Positions 37,228 to 50,730 of a stretch of DNA of 64,000 nt are shown one piece after another. The notes under the pieces were generated by a model. It made no database searches, was not told where the DNA came from, and saw only the letters and a list, made by a program, of their open reading frames with translations. The DNA comes from Haliotis cracherodii (Eukaryota). Both the position numbers and the translations under genes were made by a program. Each line of letters opens with the position of its first letter. Position 1 is the first letter of the stretch. The DNA lies in assembly GCF_022045235.1 (NCBI RefSeq), contig NW_027266343.1, positions 31,930,001 through 31,994,000 on the forward strand, in the 5' to 3' direction.

Positions 37228-39600
37228 TCATCGTATATTTGTATTATATTTCTCGTATTGTGCATGTGCCCTCATTTGTGCATAGCAGTAACAGACGTAT
37301 CTCACAGGTTTCACTATAATGGGTATTCGCAGGCTTTCCTCCAGCTCGAATGAATAGCGAGCGGTACTACTACAAGCGCTCACGTAAAACACACAGTTCG
37401 TTCCTCTATTCTGGGAAGCCTCTCCATTCCTTAAATATTATACAGTATCCGAACAATAGAATGATGTCACAAATGTAATTTAATGACTGTACATACGTGA
37501 TTGGCTGAGTTTCAAATGAAATCCTATATTGTTGTTTAAAATTTACTTTGATCTTTTTGCCATTATGTATTCGCATGGCAGTTTTGGCATCAGTATCCGT
37601 ACTGGATACCCAGGAAGCACGTATTTCATGTTTTAACTGAAAGACCCTCTAGTATTACGCATATATCAGGACGTGCCGTCGTTTTATTCTTATCCCGCTA
37701 TTGTGCAGAGGTTCCCACATGAAAGCGAACCTTTAAGCGATGAAATCGTGGACCCAATACGGTAATGAGGTTAGCAAGTACATGTGTTGTTCCAATCCTG
37801 TAGACTTCACCCAGTGACCTCACATGGAGTCCTGGCTCAAATTGGTATCATCTGTACGTCCGCATGCTTACCCGCCTTGCTGCCACTATAGATGACTGTT
37901 CCACTGATCTCAGAATATCGACAAGATCTTACATATGATCTCAACTGATTAATAATGTTTCCCGATGGTTTAAAACGGATTTGAAATAGCTCAAGCTAAG
38001 TAGGGTATGCTTTGCTGTTGCAGAGCTTGTTCCTAGAGTGGTATATGGATCACGTCGATGGTAATTAATTGTCGCTTTTCCTTTGTGTGTTTTTTTCTCT
38101 TCAGGGACGGTTTATATAACATAATACCTTATGCCACTGACCAAAGGCTTATGTACAAGCATCTCACATGACAAAAAACATTCTCACCCAAACCTGAGTT
38201 GACGAGAAAAACAATTTTGAAATCAAATTGAAAAAAAACAAACAGAATAATGTGTTTTTGAACAATGCCTTTACTGTAGAAAATGGATGCGAAAAAGGTA
38301 ATTTAGCCTTTTTATATTTCAAGAATATATTGTTAACTTCAATACCACCTATTAACAGTCGTTTTCTTAGAAAATAGCAAGTTTTTTTCAGCAGCAGTGT
38401 CCGTTTTCTATAGTCCATCACCAACAAGATGCTGCAGACTGAAACAAAAAAAGGTATCATCAGTATCAACCTGCCGTTTAGATCATAAACATCATTCAAG
38501 CCACAACGTGATGCCTGTCAATAATACACAATCAGTCAAGTTACATACACCGCCCGACCCTTTTACTTTGATGACAACCAGGAGGAACTTTGGATCTGTT
38601 CTACCCTGGACCCATCGCGGACTCTCGGACTGAAGAAACCTGTGAGTTAGAATTGATCCCCAGCAACCTAAGGTATGTTGGTCGTAAGAGGCGACCAAAA
38701 TGTATATCGGCTAGTCAGGATCGGATCAGTGAGTTGTTTGGTTGCGAGTCATCGTACCCCAACGGCGTGGATCTTTGCTCACAGTATCAGTCAACGGATT
38801 GTCCAATATATACAGGCCGTCGTCATATAACTTGAAGTGTGCGTAGTTATGTAAAACACACGCATGCAATCACGCACGCACACACGCACGCACGCACGCA
38901 CGCACAAACACACCTGTCGGTCTGATAGGAAGCTGGGTCAGAGATAGTCATGTAGATCCAAGTGCACTGTAATTACTCCCAAGAAAACAAGAACAGCGAG
39001 ATTGGATCGCATGCAGTTAAATATCTACGGTAATGCCCTATTCTTTTATCTTCATTATTTTCTAATAATTTATCAATTCTTTTTGCATATTCACAATATT
39101 TCAACAAAGTGTTGGGACTCTTTAATCTTCCGACGCTTCAGTATAGTGCTCATCTGTCAGGATAATTGACATCAAAGTCATAAGCTTTCATTTCAGTTTT
39201 TCCAGAGTTACATTTGATGTATAATTTCTGACACAAATACCGTCGGACGCCTTCCGTTTGATGAGTTGTGTTTTTACCAAAGTGTGCGAGACCGACACCA
39301 AAGCAGTAATTTCTACTCCATTATTGGTGCGGCGCGAAACGTTTGATGCTAAATCCACCAAAGTTCGTCTCTGTGATACGTGGGGCAAGATGATCGCAAC
39401 AATTTCTTCTCCATCATCTTGTAGCCGTTTCTTCTTCATCAACTGCTATACACTGGAAGGAGGCTATGATTCAAACATATATTAATGAAAAAGGTTCAAG
39501 ATACATTATGTTCCGAGTGGGTGTTGTGTTCCTAATGCTTTTACGTCTTCAATAAATAGATCAGCTTCCGTTTCGGAAGCAATGTTTAAACATTATTTAA
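37228..39600 (-). pseudogene. Second, divergent L-derived EVE (MTase C-half + long C-terminal region), unit 1
   Basis: IASETE (39572), CILNLF (+26 codons) and RDELWW (39364, about +43) parallel the D-K-E spacing. DPISLFLFSWE*LQC aligns ungapped to array-1 DPIFTLF*R*KSLQC; INYHRRDPY aligns to PYYHARISY; ERTVCF aligns to PRAISF. Interrupted by SINEs and a microsatellite at ~38520-38910. Confidence 0.68.
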
Positions 39601-40119
39601 GGTGAGTGAGTGAGTGTTTTCAAAGTGAACATAAGCGAACGTGCTGTCAGCTGCACCTCACTCTCAAAACAAGTGAATGCTTATGCTTTTAACTACTGGT
39701 GTGTGGTCAAACAGATAACATTTTGTCACGTTATTGTCAGAGTTCAAGACAGTCATGGTGTATCGCTATCAGAGTTCGAATCAACGACGATGTACTTACT
39801 ACCTTGTCGAAGCTCTACACATTAGCGGTGTATTAATCTGTCAGCGTTCGACACAATGACGATGTACATAGTGGATATGATAATGTTTTATTTATGTATG
39901 GGAGGCCATAGATTAGATTTTTTTAAGTACGTAATAATAGAGCTTCCTTCACATACTTAACTACATTTATGAGTATACAGTAAGTTCCACTATTTAGAAG
40001 ATAGCTAAAAGTATTAACACATGGATTGGTATGAAATCTAACAGGAATATACTATTGTCTTAATGATGCCAAAACGGGAAGATTAAAAGAAAAATAACGT
40101 CGTCCTTAATAGAACCATT

Positions 40120-40770
40120 GTTACACAGCTGACAAAGGCGTTGTGAATAAACAATATCCTCTCTTCTGCCCAGGTCACTCCGTAACCGGCAATTCACTTA
40201 ATCTTAACAGACACAGCATTCGTTTTGGGTCTCTGTTTCTGAAAGATGCAACATAATATTCCATATCCAATCGTGCCCTAGCATGTGAATAATAGCTTAA
40301 TTTACAAGACTGCTCATTTTTCATCTGGATACTCTGTTTATTACAATCCAACAAACGCTGTTTTAACAGCTGTAAGAAACAAATAACATCGCCAATATTC
40401 TGTTCGTGCCAAACATTACAAAATCCATAATTGTAGAGTCAATATTTAACATGAGTTGCCAAAGAACGTTTACCACCAGCTTCTTCATTAACAAATAAAG
40501 CTGTCATGGATATCTGTCACGATTCGTTCCAATATGTTTACAGTATTTAAGACATTTCATATGATAATCCACATGCAAACCATATCAGCCAATAATGCTG
40601 TTCTAGATACATGTTTACCAACTCCTACAACGAATTTACAAAAATTAGTATGAAACGTTTCCACAGTATGACGAGATTTGCAACTCCAAATCAAAGGAAC
40701 AAAAACTTAAATACAATGTTAAATGGCATATTTACAAAGTGAAACTGCAGTTTTTTGATAGCGGTGTATT
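40120..40770 (-). mobile_element. Non-LTR retrotransposon ORF2 3' fragment (RTEX/CR1-like); also ~51165-51775, 57108-57718, 62345-62995
   Basis: - strand FCKFVLGVGKHVS..A.LADM, WATHVK..LYIYGFGYVWHEQNIGD...FKQRLLDC, LRLSELP; typical post-RT LINE region. Confidence 0.8.
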
Positions 40771-41539
40771 TATCTGTCAGAGCTCGACACAGCGACGATG
40801 TACTATGGTGTTAAAGTTCTACACAGTGGCGTTGTTTTAAACTTCCAGAGTTCGACATAGCGGCGATGTACTACTTTGTAGAAGTTCCAAACAATGAAAG
40901 TGTAGAATAGTGCAGGAGTTCGAAAGTTCCTCATGTGTGTGGAAGTGACAGTGGTCCCATTTGAAAAACAACTCCATCATTAACTTTAAGAAAGCAACTG
41001 CACCTTCCACCCCTCCATCACCCTTCTCCAGGTACACCTACATAATGGTCTGCCGGGTCGTTTACTGGGCGAAGCACGTCCAATTTAGTGTTATATATAC
41101 CTACAGCCGGGTTGTCATGATGCTAATTACTTGTGACAAGGCTTACAGGAGTCCATTGTTGTAAATGTCGAAAGATTGTGAAATAAACGGTGTCACCAAA
41201 CAATATCGGTTCTAAGATCACCACAGAAACAATTATAGGGCCCAGTATCTGTGATAGACGATATGTCTATGGCGAATTGGATCTCCCTTTCTTCCGACTG
41301 AGCACCAACAGCTTTCCGTGCCAGAGGCCATCACCGACTCAGATCCATCTATCTGTTTCATCATCCTGACGAAATTGCACCGCATCGCCCTTCAAGATGT
41401 CGTCGACCTTCTCCCTCTCACTGCGACATCGTCGTCATCATATCGCTTCAAGCCCCACATACACGTCACCCCCACCGACACACCCACCCTTCACCCTTCT
41501 CGCCCACAGTCACGTATGTCTCCTACTTAGCTGAATCGA

Positions 41540-42260
41540 CGCATTAATCTTCAGTCCTCTAATGCTGACCACCGTAATTAGATGATGTTGACACAGTTAA
41601 CATAATGTTTAGATTGCTGTAAGGATTTTGACTCTTGGCCTTTTACATGAAATTACTTTAGAAAAGTAATATATTCTGTCGGTGAAGAGTTTCAAGTCGA
41701 CGACCTGAGAGCACTGCTTGAGAAACGCTTTTTCCATTAAAGACAATTTGATGAAGTATGAAAGTAGCAACGTAAACAGAACACGAGTAATAATTGATGT
41801 CGGAATAATGTTTATCCCGATATTGATGTAAGTTGTAATTACTCAAAGAGCTCCGAATTTGTTAGTCAATTTGGCGAGACACCTTCAAAGTGATTCACTG
41901 TGAGAAAATGAGGCATTTTCTTCTGGTGCAAACATGTACAACAAACGTTAAATTATATGAAGATTATCCCTCTGTTGTTTCGTAAACTTGCACGTTTTCA
42001 TTAATAAAACTAACTTGCGGGACAACAGAAAGTATTCACCCATGATTGATGGTGGCTAAAAGTGAAACAAACAAGAAATTGTCATTTGATGGTGGTCTAT
42101 TTGATGCGGGTGTCATATGTATGGTTGTGTTTTTTACCTTCAGTTGTGAGTGTTTGGGCGACAATTCAGCCTCGTAACGTTTTGATATCGTTTGTAGTGT
42201 TTGATCAACCCAATGTTCGAGTGTATACTTACTTTCTTTTGTCTGTCAGTTTGTAACATG
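41540..42260 (+). pseudogene. L fragment (probable connector + MTase N-half) related to array 1; also ~51975-52660, 57915-58600, 63700-64000
   Basis: 42028-42105 matches 2639-2716 at 63/78 nt ungapped (ESIHP.LM..K.ETNKK..FDG..FD); similarity continues to AGTGTATACT.ACTTT at ~42220. Confidence 0.7.
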
Positions 42261-42625
42261 GCTTCTCCATCATGTGTCAGGTAGCTTTTCAATCACGTGC
42301 CAGAAGTATTATTACTGTTATCATTTTGTTTACAGAGTTAATCCAAAACAAGAGGATCTGTGATGTTAATATTTCTTGCATTATAAATAAGTGAACAGTT
42401 AAAATTATTATAAGCAACAACAAAAGGAGAAAATGAAGATACTGTTTGCGGACTGACAAGTCAGAAGTAAAGGACTTCTTTGAAGCTCCTTTTTCATCAG
42501 TATTTTCTGTGGAGGGTGAGAAGGAAAAAACAACACTTCTCCAAAATGTAAGCTCATTCCACATTTGTGAAACCTTGGGTCTGAGGATCTGTAAACTTAG
42601 TAATAAAAGACATCTTTGTGTGTAA

Positions 42626-42891
42626 AGGGTCCTGTTCCATAAAGTAGTCTTTGTGGTGAGCCTATGTTAAAGTGTGAGAATTACGATCATCTTTGCGCTA
42701 AGATCGCTCTGTAGAACAAGGCCCAGGTTGATATTCTGTCTGTGGAAGCAGATAGCAATGCCTACCCTCACGGTGCCAACACCTGGGGCAGCAAGGACAC
42801 GTTCCTCGAAGCGACCTTACCTCTACGATTGTTGTAATGTTTGAGTTAAGAACGTCTTAGCGCTAAGATCGCTTTGAGGAACAGGGCCCAG
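42626..42891. mobile_element. Pair of short palindromic MITEs (Harbinger-like GGGCCC termini); also ~47213-47480, 53030-53295, 58973-59238
   Basis: GGGTCCTGTTCCATAAAG...GAACAAGGCCC and second copy ending TCTTAGCGCTAAGATCGCTTTG.GGAACAGGGCCCAG. Confidence 0.65.
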
Positions 42892-45064
42892 AACCTGTTT
42901 GTATGGAACAATTAGACGATATGTATTGACCTGAATCCACTCACACAAAAATATCAAGAATATGCAAAAACAACTTGCTTGACTGGATACCACACAAGCC
43001 ACTCACTTGCGTGCGTCTACTGCTTGTCGTCTTCACCAGGCGGGGCAAGATTAATATCATCCTCGAATAGTACGCCAGATCCAAATCTCTATAACATAGG
43101 TACACCTTTAGGCTCTTAATAAAGTGATTTTAACGAGAGGCTTAATCATACGAAATGCAAGCCACGCTCGTTTCAATCAAATTACACGTTCCATTTTCAT
43201 GGAAAATGATAGCGTTTACCGAATTAAAAAATAGACGCCTAACTTGAATAAACACCGGGTGTAGGATCGTGTAGGATCAGGTTTTTACGATATGGAGAGT
43301 GACTGGCTGTAGATCTATGTTTTTAACGCAGCTACACGAGTACTGCAGAAACTCAGAGGAAATCTGTAAGCACTGTCTTTCAAGGAAATACAAGCATCAC
43401 CGAGGTGCCTACCAAAAGATGTTCATAGTGGAGTGTCTCTGGACACAGAGGGAACACAGGTGGTCTAAAGCGGCGCAATTAGCTGTGCAGAGTTGCGTCC
43501 CTTAAACAAAACAGAAACCTATGATCATGGGTTCAAATCCCTGTTCGCCCCGAATATTTTTCTAGGTTTGTCAGCACCATGCCTTGCTCGTGGGTGTCAA
43601 CGCCCGAGACAAGAGACTTAGGGCTTTTCATTCCCATTGAGCTGACACACTGAGATATAATTGGAATACTGTTTAAAGCGGCTCACTCACTGCAGACAAA
43701 CAAAGACAGATCACAATTAACGTTAATTCGTATTTAACTAAAATTTATTTATTTACTACATAAATGTGTTAATGTCATCGCATCTTTGTATAATAGTTCT
43801 CATATAGTGCATGTGCCCTCATTTGTGCATAGCAGTAACGGACGTATCTCACAGGTTTCACTATAATGGGTATTTGGAGACTTTCCTCCAGCTCGAATGA
43901 ACAGCGAACGTTCCTGGTACAACTGCTCATGTAAAACACACAGTTCGTTTCTCTATTAAAGGAAAAGTCTCCATTCCTTAAACATTATACAGTGTCCGAA
44001 CAATTATAGAATGATTACAAAAGTAATTTAATGACTGTACATACGTGATTGGCTGAGTTTGAAATGAAATCCTATATTGTTGTTTAAAACTGACTTTGAT
44101 CTTTTTGCTATTATGTATTCGCATGGCAGTTTTGGCATCAGTACTGAAAGACCCTCTAGCATTACGCATATATCAGGACGTGCCGTCATTTTATTCTTAT
44201 TCCGCTATTGTGCAGAGGTTCCCACATGAAAGCGAACCTTTTAGCAATGAAATCGTGGACCTAATACGTTAATGAGGTTAGCAAGTACATGTGTTGTTCC
44301 AATCCTGTAGACTTCACCCAGTGACCTCACATGGAGTCCTGGCTCAAATTGGTATCATCTGTACGTCCGCATGCTTACCCGCCTTGCTGCCACTATAGAT
44401 GACTGTTCCACTGATCTCAGAATATCGACAAGATCTTACATATGATCTCAACTGATTAATGATGTTTCCCGATGGTTTAAAACGGATTGGAAATAGCTCA
44501 AGCTAAGTAGGGTATGCTTTGCTGCTGCAGAGCTTGTTCCTAGAGTGGTATATGGATCACGTCGATGGTAATTAATTGTCGCTTTTCCTTTGAAAATACA
44601 TATATATATATATATTTGTGTTAAGTGTTTGTTTCTTCAGGGGCGTTTTATATAACATAATACCTTATGCCACTGACCAAAGGCTTATGTACAAGCATCT
44701 CACATGACAAAAACATTCTCACCCAAACCTGAGTTGACGAGAACAACAATTTTGAAATCAAACTGTAAAAAAACCCAGGATAATGTGTGTTTTTGAACAA
44801 TGCCTTTACTTTAGAAAATGGATGCTAAAAAGGTAATTTAGCCTTTTTAAATTTCAAAAATATATTGTTAACTTCAATACCACCTATCAACAGTCGTTTC
44901 CTTAGATAATAACAAGTTTTTTTAAGCAGCAGTGTCCGTTTTCTATAGTCTATCACCAACAAGATGCTGCAGACTGAAACAAAAAAAGGTATTATCAGTA
45001 TCAACCTGCCGTTTAGATCATAAACATCATTCAAGCCAGAACGTAATGCCTTTCAATAATACAC

Positions 45065-45450
45065 TAAGTGCTGGGGAAATAAGTGGTTGGTAGTATGAAC
45101 ACTCCGTCGCGGCATGGCGACCTACAATCAGTCAAGTTACATACACCGGCCGACCCATTTACTATGATGACAACCAGGAGGAACTTTGGATCTGTTCTAC
45201 CCTGGACCCATCGTGGAGACTCTCAGACTGAAGAAACCTGTGAGTTAGAATTGATTCCCAGCAAGCGGATGTATGTTGGTCGTAAGAGGCGACCAAAATG
45301 TATATCGGCTAGTCAGGATCAGATCAGTGAGTTGGTTGGTTGCGAGTCATCCTACCCCAACGGCGTGGAACTTTGCTCACGCTATCAATCAACGGATTTT
45401 CCAGTATATAGAGGCCGCCTTGATATAACTTGAATAGTGTGCGTCGTTAT
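45065..45450. mobile_element. Degenerate SINE pair (head to head) inside the second EVE, repeated in each unit
   Basis: + strand GGTCGTAAGAGGCGAC core at ~45278, preceded by an inverted SINE-like head (GATCTGTTCTACCCTGGACCC). Confidence 0.6.
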
Positions 45451-45456
45451 GTACGA

Positions 45457-45491
<35 letters not shown>

Positions 45492-45563
45492 GTACGCACG
45501 CACGCACGCACGCACGCACGGAAGCAAGCAGGCACGCACTCACGCACGCACGCACAAACACAC
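45457..45563. repeat. Compound (CA)n/(CACG)n microsatellite; length varies per unit (~38855-38912, 49930-50044, 55915-55987, 61490-61512)
   Basis: Directly visible. Confidence 0.95.
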
Positions 45564-48254
45564 CTGTCGGTCTGATAGGAAGCTGGATCAGAGATAGTCA
45601 TGTAGACCCAAGTGCACTGTAATTATTCCCAAGAAAACAAGAACAGCGAGATTGGATCGCATGCAGTTAAATATCTACGGTAATGCCCTATTCTTTTATC
45701 TTCATTATTTTCTAATAAGTTATCAATTCTTTTTGCATATTCACAATATTTCAACAAAGTGTTGGGGCTCTTTAATCTTCCGACGCTTCAGTATAGTGCT
45801 CATCTGTCAGGATAATTGACATCAAAGTCATAAGCTTTCATTTCAGTTTTTCCAGAGTTACATTTGATGTATAATTTCTGACACAAATGCCGCTGGACGC
45901 CTTCCGTTTGATGAGTTGTGTTTTTACCAAAGTGTGCGAGACCGACACCAAAGCAATAATTTCTACTCCATTATTGGTGCGGCGCGAAACGTTTGATGAT
46001 AATTTCCACCAAAGGCCGTCTCTGTGATACGTGGGGCAAGATGATCGCAATAATTTCTTCTCCATCATTTTGAAGCCGTTTCTTCTATACCATCTACTAT
46101 ACACTGAAAGGAGGCTATGTTTCAAACATATATTAATGAAAAGATTCAAGATACGTTATATTCCGAGTGGGTGTTGAGTTGCGAATGTTTTTAAGCCTTC
46201 AATAAATAGATCTGCTTCCGTTTCGGAAGCAATGTTTAAACATTATTTAAGGTGAGTGAGTGAGTGTTTTCAAAGTGAACATAAACGAACGTGCTGTCAG
46301 CTGCACCTCACTCTCAAAACAAGTGAATGCTTATGCTTTTATCTACAAGTGACTGGTCAAACAGATAACATTTTGTCACGTTATTGTCAGAGTTTATGTA
46401 TGGGAGATCATAGACCCACGTACTCTCAGTAACACAGAGTTGAGGTAATGGTATTAAAAAGAGTACTAAGGTAAATATTGGATCTTTTTAAGTACGTAAT
46501 AATAGAGCTTCCTTCACATACTTAACTACATTTATGAGTATACAGTAAGTTCCACTATTCAGAAGATAGCTAAAATTATTAACACATGGATTGGTATGAA
46601 ATCTAACAGGAACATACTATTGTCTTAATGATGCCAAAACGGGAAGATTAATAGAAAAATAACTTCGTCCTTAATAGAACCATTGTTACACAGCTGACAA
46701 AGGCGTTGTGAATAAACAATATCCTCTGCCCAGGTCACTCGGTAACCGACATTTAAGCCTCGTAACGTTTTAATATCGTTTGTATTGTTTGATCAATCCA
46801 ATATTCGAGTGTAAACTTACTTTCTTTTCCCTGGCAGTTTGTAAGATGGCTTCTCTGTCATGTGTCAGGTGGCTTTTCAATCACGTGCCGGAAGTATTAT
46901 TACTGTTATTATTTTGTTTACGGAGTTAATCCAAAACAAGAAGATCTGGGATGTTAACATTTCTTGCATTATAAATCAATGAAACGTTTAAAGTATTGCT
47001 AGCAAGGCTAAACGGAGAAAATGAAGATACTGTTTGCGGAATGACAAGTCAGAAGTATGGGACTTCTTTGAAGCTCCCTTTTCATCAGTATTTTCTGTGG
47101 AGAGTAAGAAAGAAAGAAAAAACACTTCTCCAAAATGTAAGCTCATTCCACATTTGTGAAACCTTGGGTCTGAGGATCTGTAAACTTAGTAATTAAAAAC
47201 ATCTATGTGAGTACAGGGTCCTGTTCCATAAAGCAGTCTTTATGGTGAGCCTATGTTACAGTGTGAGAATTACGATCATCTTTGCGCTAAGATCGCTCTG
47301 TAGAACAAGGCCCAGGTTGATATTCTTTCATTAGAAGCAGATAGCAATGCCTACCCTCACGGTGCCAACACCTGGGGCAGCAAGGACCCGCTCCACAAAG
47401 CGACCTTACCTCTACGATTGTTGTAATGTTTGAGTTAAGATCGTCTTAGCGCTAAGATCGCTTTGTGGAACAGGGCCCAGAACCTGTTTGTATGGAACAA
47501 TTAGACGATATGTATTGACCTTAATCCACTCACACAAAAATATCAAGAATATGCAAAAACAACTTGCTTGACTGGATACCACACAAGCCACTCACTTGCG
47601 TGCGTCTACTGCTTGTCGTCTTCACCAGGCGGGGCAAGATTAATATCATCCTCGAATAGTACGCCTGCCTTGAATACAGAAAGGGTCCAAATCTCTAAAA
47701 CATAGGTACACCTTTAGGCTCTTAATAAAGTGATTTTAACGAGAGGCTTAATCATACGAAATGCAAGCCACGCTCGTTTCAATCAAATTACACGTTCCAT
47801 TTTCATGGAAAATGATAGCGTTTACCGAATTAAAAAATAGACGCCTAACTTGAATAAACACCGGGTGTAGGTTCGTGTAGGATCAGGTTTTTACGATATG
47901 GAGAGTGACTGGCTGTAGATCTATGTTTTTAACGCAGCTACACGAGTACTGCAGAAACTCAGAGGAAATCTATAAGCACTGTCTTTCAAGGAAATACAAG
48001 CATAACCGAGGTGCCTACCAAAAGATGTTCATAGTGGAGTGTCAGGTTTGTCAGCACCATGCCTTGCTCGTGGGTGTCAACGCCCGAGACAAGAGACTTA
48101 GGGCTTTTCATTCCCATTGAGCTGACACACTGAGATATAATTGGAATACGGTTTAAAGCGGCTCACTCACTGCAGACAAACAAAGACAGATCACAATTAA
48201 CGTAAATTCGTATTTAACTAAAATTTATTTATTTACTACATAAATGTGTTAATG

Positions 48255-50730
48255 TCATTGCATCTTTGTATAATAGTTCTCATATAGTGCATGTGCCCTC
48301 ATTTGTGCATAGCAGTAACGGACGTATCTCACAGGTTTCACTTCAATGGGTATTTGCAGACGTTCCTCCAGCTCGAATGAACAGCGAACGTTCCTGGTAC
48401 AAGTGCTCATGTAAAACACACAGTTCGTTCCTCTATTAAAGGAAGACTCTCCATTCCTTGAACATTATACAGTGTCCGAACAATAGAATGATTACAAAAG
48501 TAATTTAATGACTGTACATACGTGATTGGCTGAGTTTGAAATGAAATCCTATATTGTTGTTTAAAACTGACTTTGATCTTTTTGCTATTATGTATTCGCA
48601 TGGCAGTTTTGGCATCAGTACTGAAAGACCCTCTAGCATTACGCATATATCAGGACGTGCCGTCATTTTATTCTTATTCCGCTATTGTGCAGAGGTTCCC
48701 ACATGAAAGCGAACCTTTTAGCAATGAAATCGTGGACCTAATACGTTAATGAGGTTAGCAAGTACATGTGTTGTTCCAATCCTGTAGACTTCACCCAGTG
48801 ACCTCACATGGAGTCCTGGCTCAAATTGGTATCATCTGTACGTCCGCATGCTTACCCGCCTTGCTGCCACTATAGATGACTGTTCCACTGATCTCAGAAT
48901 ATCGACAAGATCTTACATATGATCTCAACTGATTAATGATGTTTCCCGATGGTTTAAAACGGATTGGAAATAGCTCAAGCTAAGTAGGGTATGCTTTGCT
49001 GCTGCAGAGCTTGTTCCTAGAGTGGTATATGGATCACGTCGATGGTAATTAATTGTCGATTTTCCTTTGAAAATACATATATATATACTTGTGTTGTGTG
49101 TTTGTTTCTTCAGGGACGTTTTATATAACATAATACCTTATGCCACTGACCAAAGGCTTATGTACAAGCATCTCACATGACAAAAACATTCTCACCCAAA
49201 CCTGAGTTGACGAGAATAACAATTTTGAAATCAAACTGTAAAAAAACCCAGGATAATGTGTGTTTTTGAACAATGCCTTTACTTTAGAAAATGGATGCTA
49301 AAAAGGTAATTTAGCCTTTTTAAATTTCAAAAATATATTGTTAACTTCAATACCACCTATCAACAGTCGTTTCGTTAGATAATAACAAGTTTTTTTAAGC
49401 AGCAGTGTCCGTTTTCTATAGTCTATCACCAACAAGATGCTGCAAACTGAAACAAAACAAGGTATCATCAGTATCAACCTGCCGTTTAGATCATAAACAT
49501 CATTCAAGCAACAACGTGATGCCTTTCAATAATACACTAAGTGCTGGGGAAATAAGTGGTTGGTAGTATGAACACTCCGTCGCGGCATGGCGACCTACAA
49601 TCAGTCAAGTTATATACACCGCCCGACCCATTTACTATGATGACAACAAGGAGGAACTTTGGATCTGTTCTACCCTGGACCCATCGCGGAGACTCTCAGA
49701 CTGAAGAAACCTGTGAGTTAGAATTGATTCCCAGCAAGCGGATGTATGTTGGTCGTAAGAGGCGACCAAAATGTATATCGGCTAGTCAGGATCGGATCAG
49801 TGAGTTGGTTGGTTGCGAGTCATCGTACCCCAACGGCGTGGAACTTTGCTCACAGTATCAATCAACGAATTTTCCAGTATATAGAGGCCGCCTTCATATA
49901 ACTTGAATAGTGTGCGTCGTTATGTACGAGACACACACACACACGCACGCACGCACGTACGCACGCACGCACGCACACAAGCAAGCAAGCAAGCACGCAC
50001 GCACGCACGCAATCACGCACGCACGCACGCACGCACCAACACACCTGTCGGTCTGATAGGAAGCTGGGTCAGAGATAGTCATGTAGACCCAAGTGCACTG
50101 TAATTATTCCCAAGAAAACAAGAACAGCGAGATTGGATCGCATGCAGTTAAATATCTACGGTAGTGCCCTATTCTTTTATCTTCATTATTTTCTAATAAT
50201 TTATCAATTCTTTTTGCATATTCACAATATTTCAACAAAGTGTTGGGGCTCTTTAATCTTCCGACGCTTCAGTATAGTGCTCATCTGTCAGGATAATTGA
50301 CATCAAAGTCATAAGCTTTCATTTCAGTTTTTCCAGAGTTACATTTGATGTATAATTTCTGACACAAATGCCGCTGGACGCCTTCCGTTTGATGAGTTGT
50401 GTTTTTACCAAAGTGTGCGAGACCGACACCAAAGCAATAATTTCTACTCCATTATTGGTGCGGCGCGAAACGTTTGATGATAATTTCCACCAAAGGCCGT
50501 CTCTGTGATACGTGGGGCAAGATGATCGCAATAATTTCTTCTCCATCATTTTGAAGCCGTTTCTTCTATACCATCTACTATACACTGAAAGGAGGCTATG
50601 TTTCAAACATATATTTATGAAAAGATTCAAGATACATTATATTCCGAGTGGGTGTTGAGTTCCGAATGTTTTTAAGCCTTCAATAAATAGATCTGCTTCC
50701 GTTTCGGAAGCAGTGTTTAAACATTATTTA
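48255..50730 (-). pseudogene. Second L-derived EVE, unit 3
   Basis: Direct repeat of 37228-39600. Confidence 0.66.

Larger units (their letters stand above)
43775..46250 (-). pseudogene. Second L-derived EVE, unit 2
   Basis: Direct repeat of 37228-39600. Confidence 0.66.

Noticed and set aside
37260-37830. *GHWVKSTGLEQ and QMRAHA resembling L regions I-II on the - strand
   Set aside because: The segment aligns better, and collinearly, with the post-MTase region of array 1; treated as chance, though not formally excluded.
39100-39200. NYPDR*ALY*SVG resembling a paramyxovirus nucleoprotein signature
   Set aside because: Lies between the MTase Glu and DPI...LQC anchors that align to the array-1 L C-terminal region.
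45389-45622. CV/HT/AR-rich ORFs (also 49862-50103, 9781-10026)
   Set aside because: Microsatellite translations.
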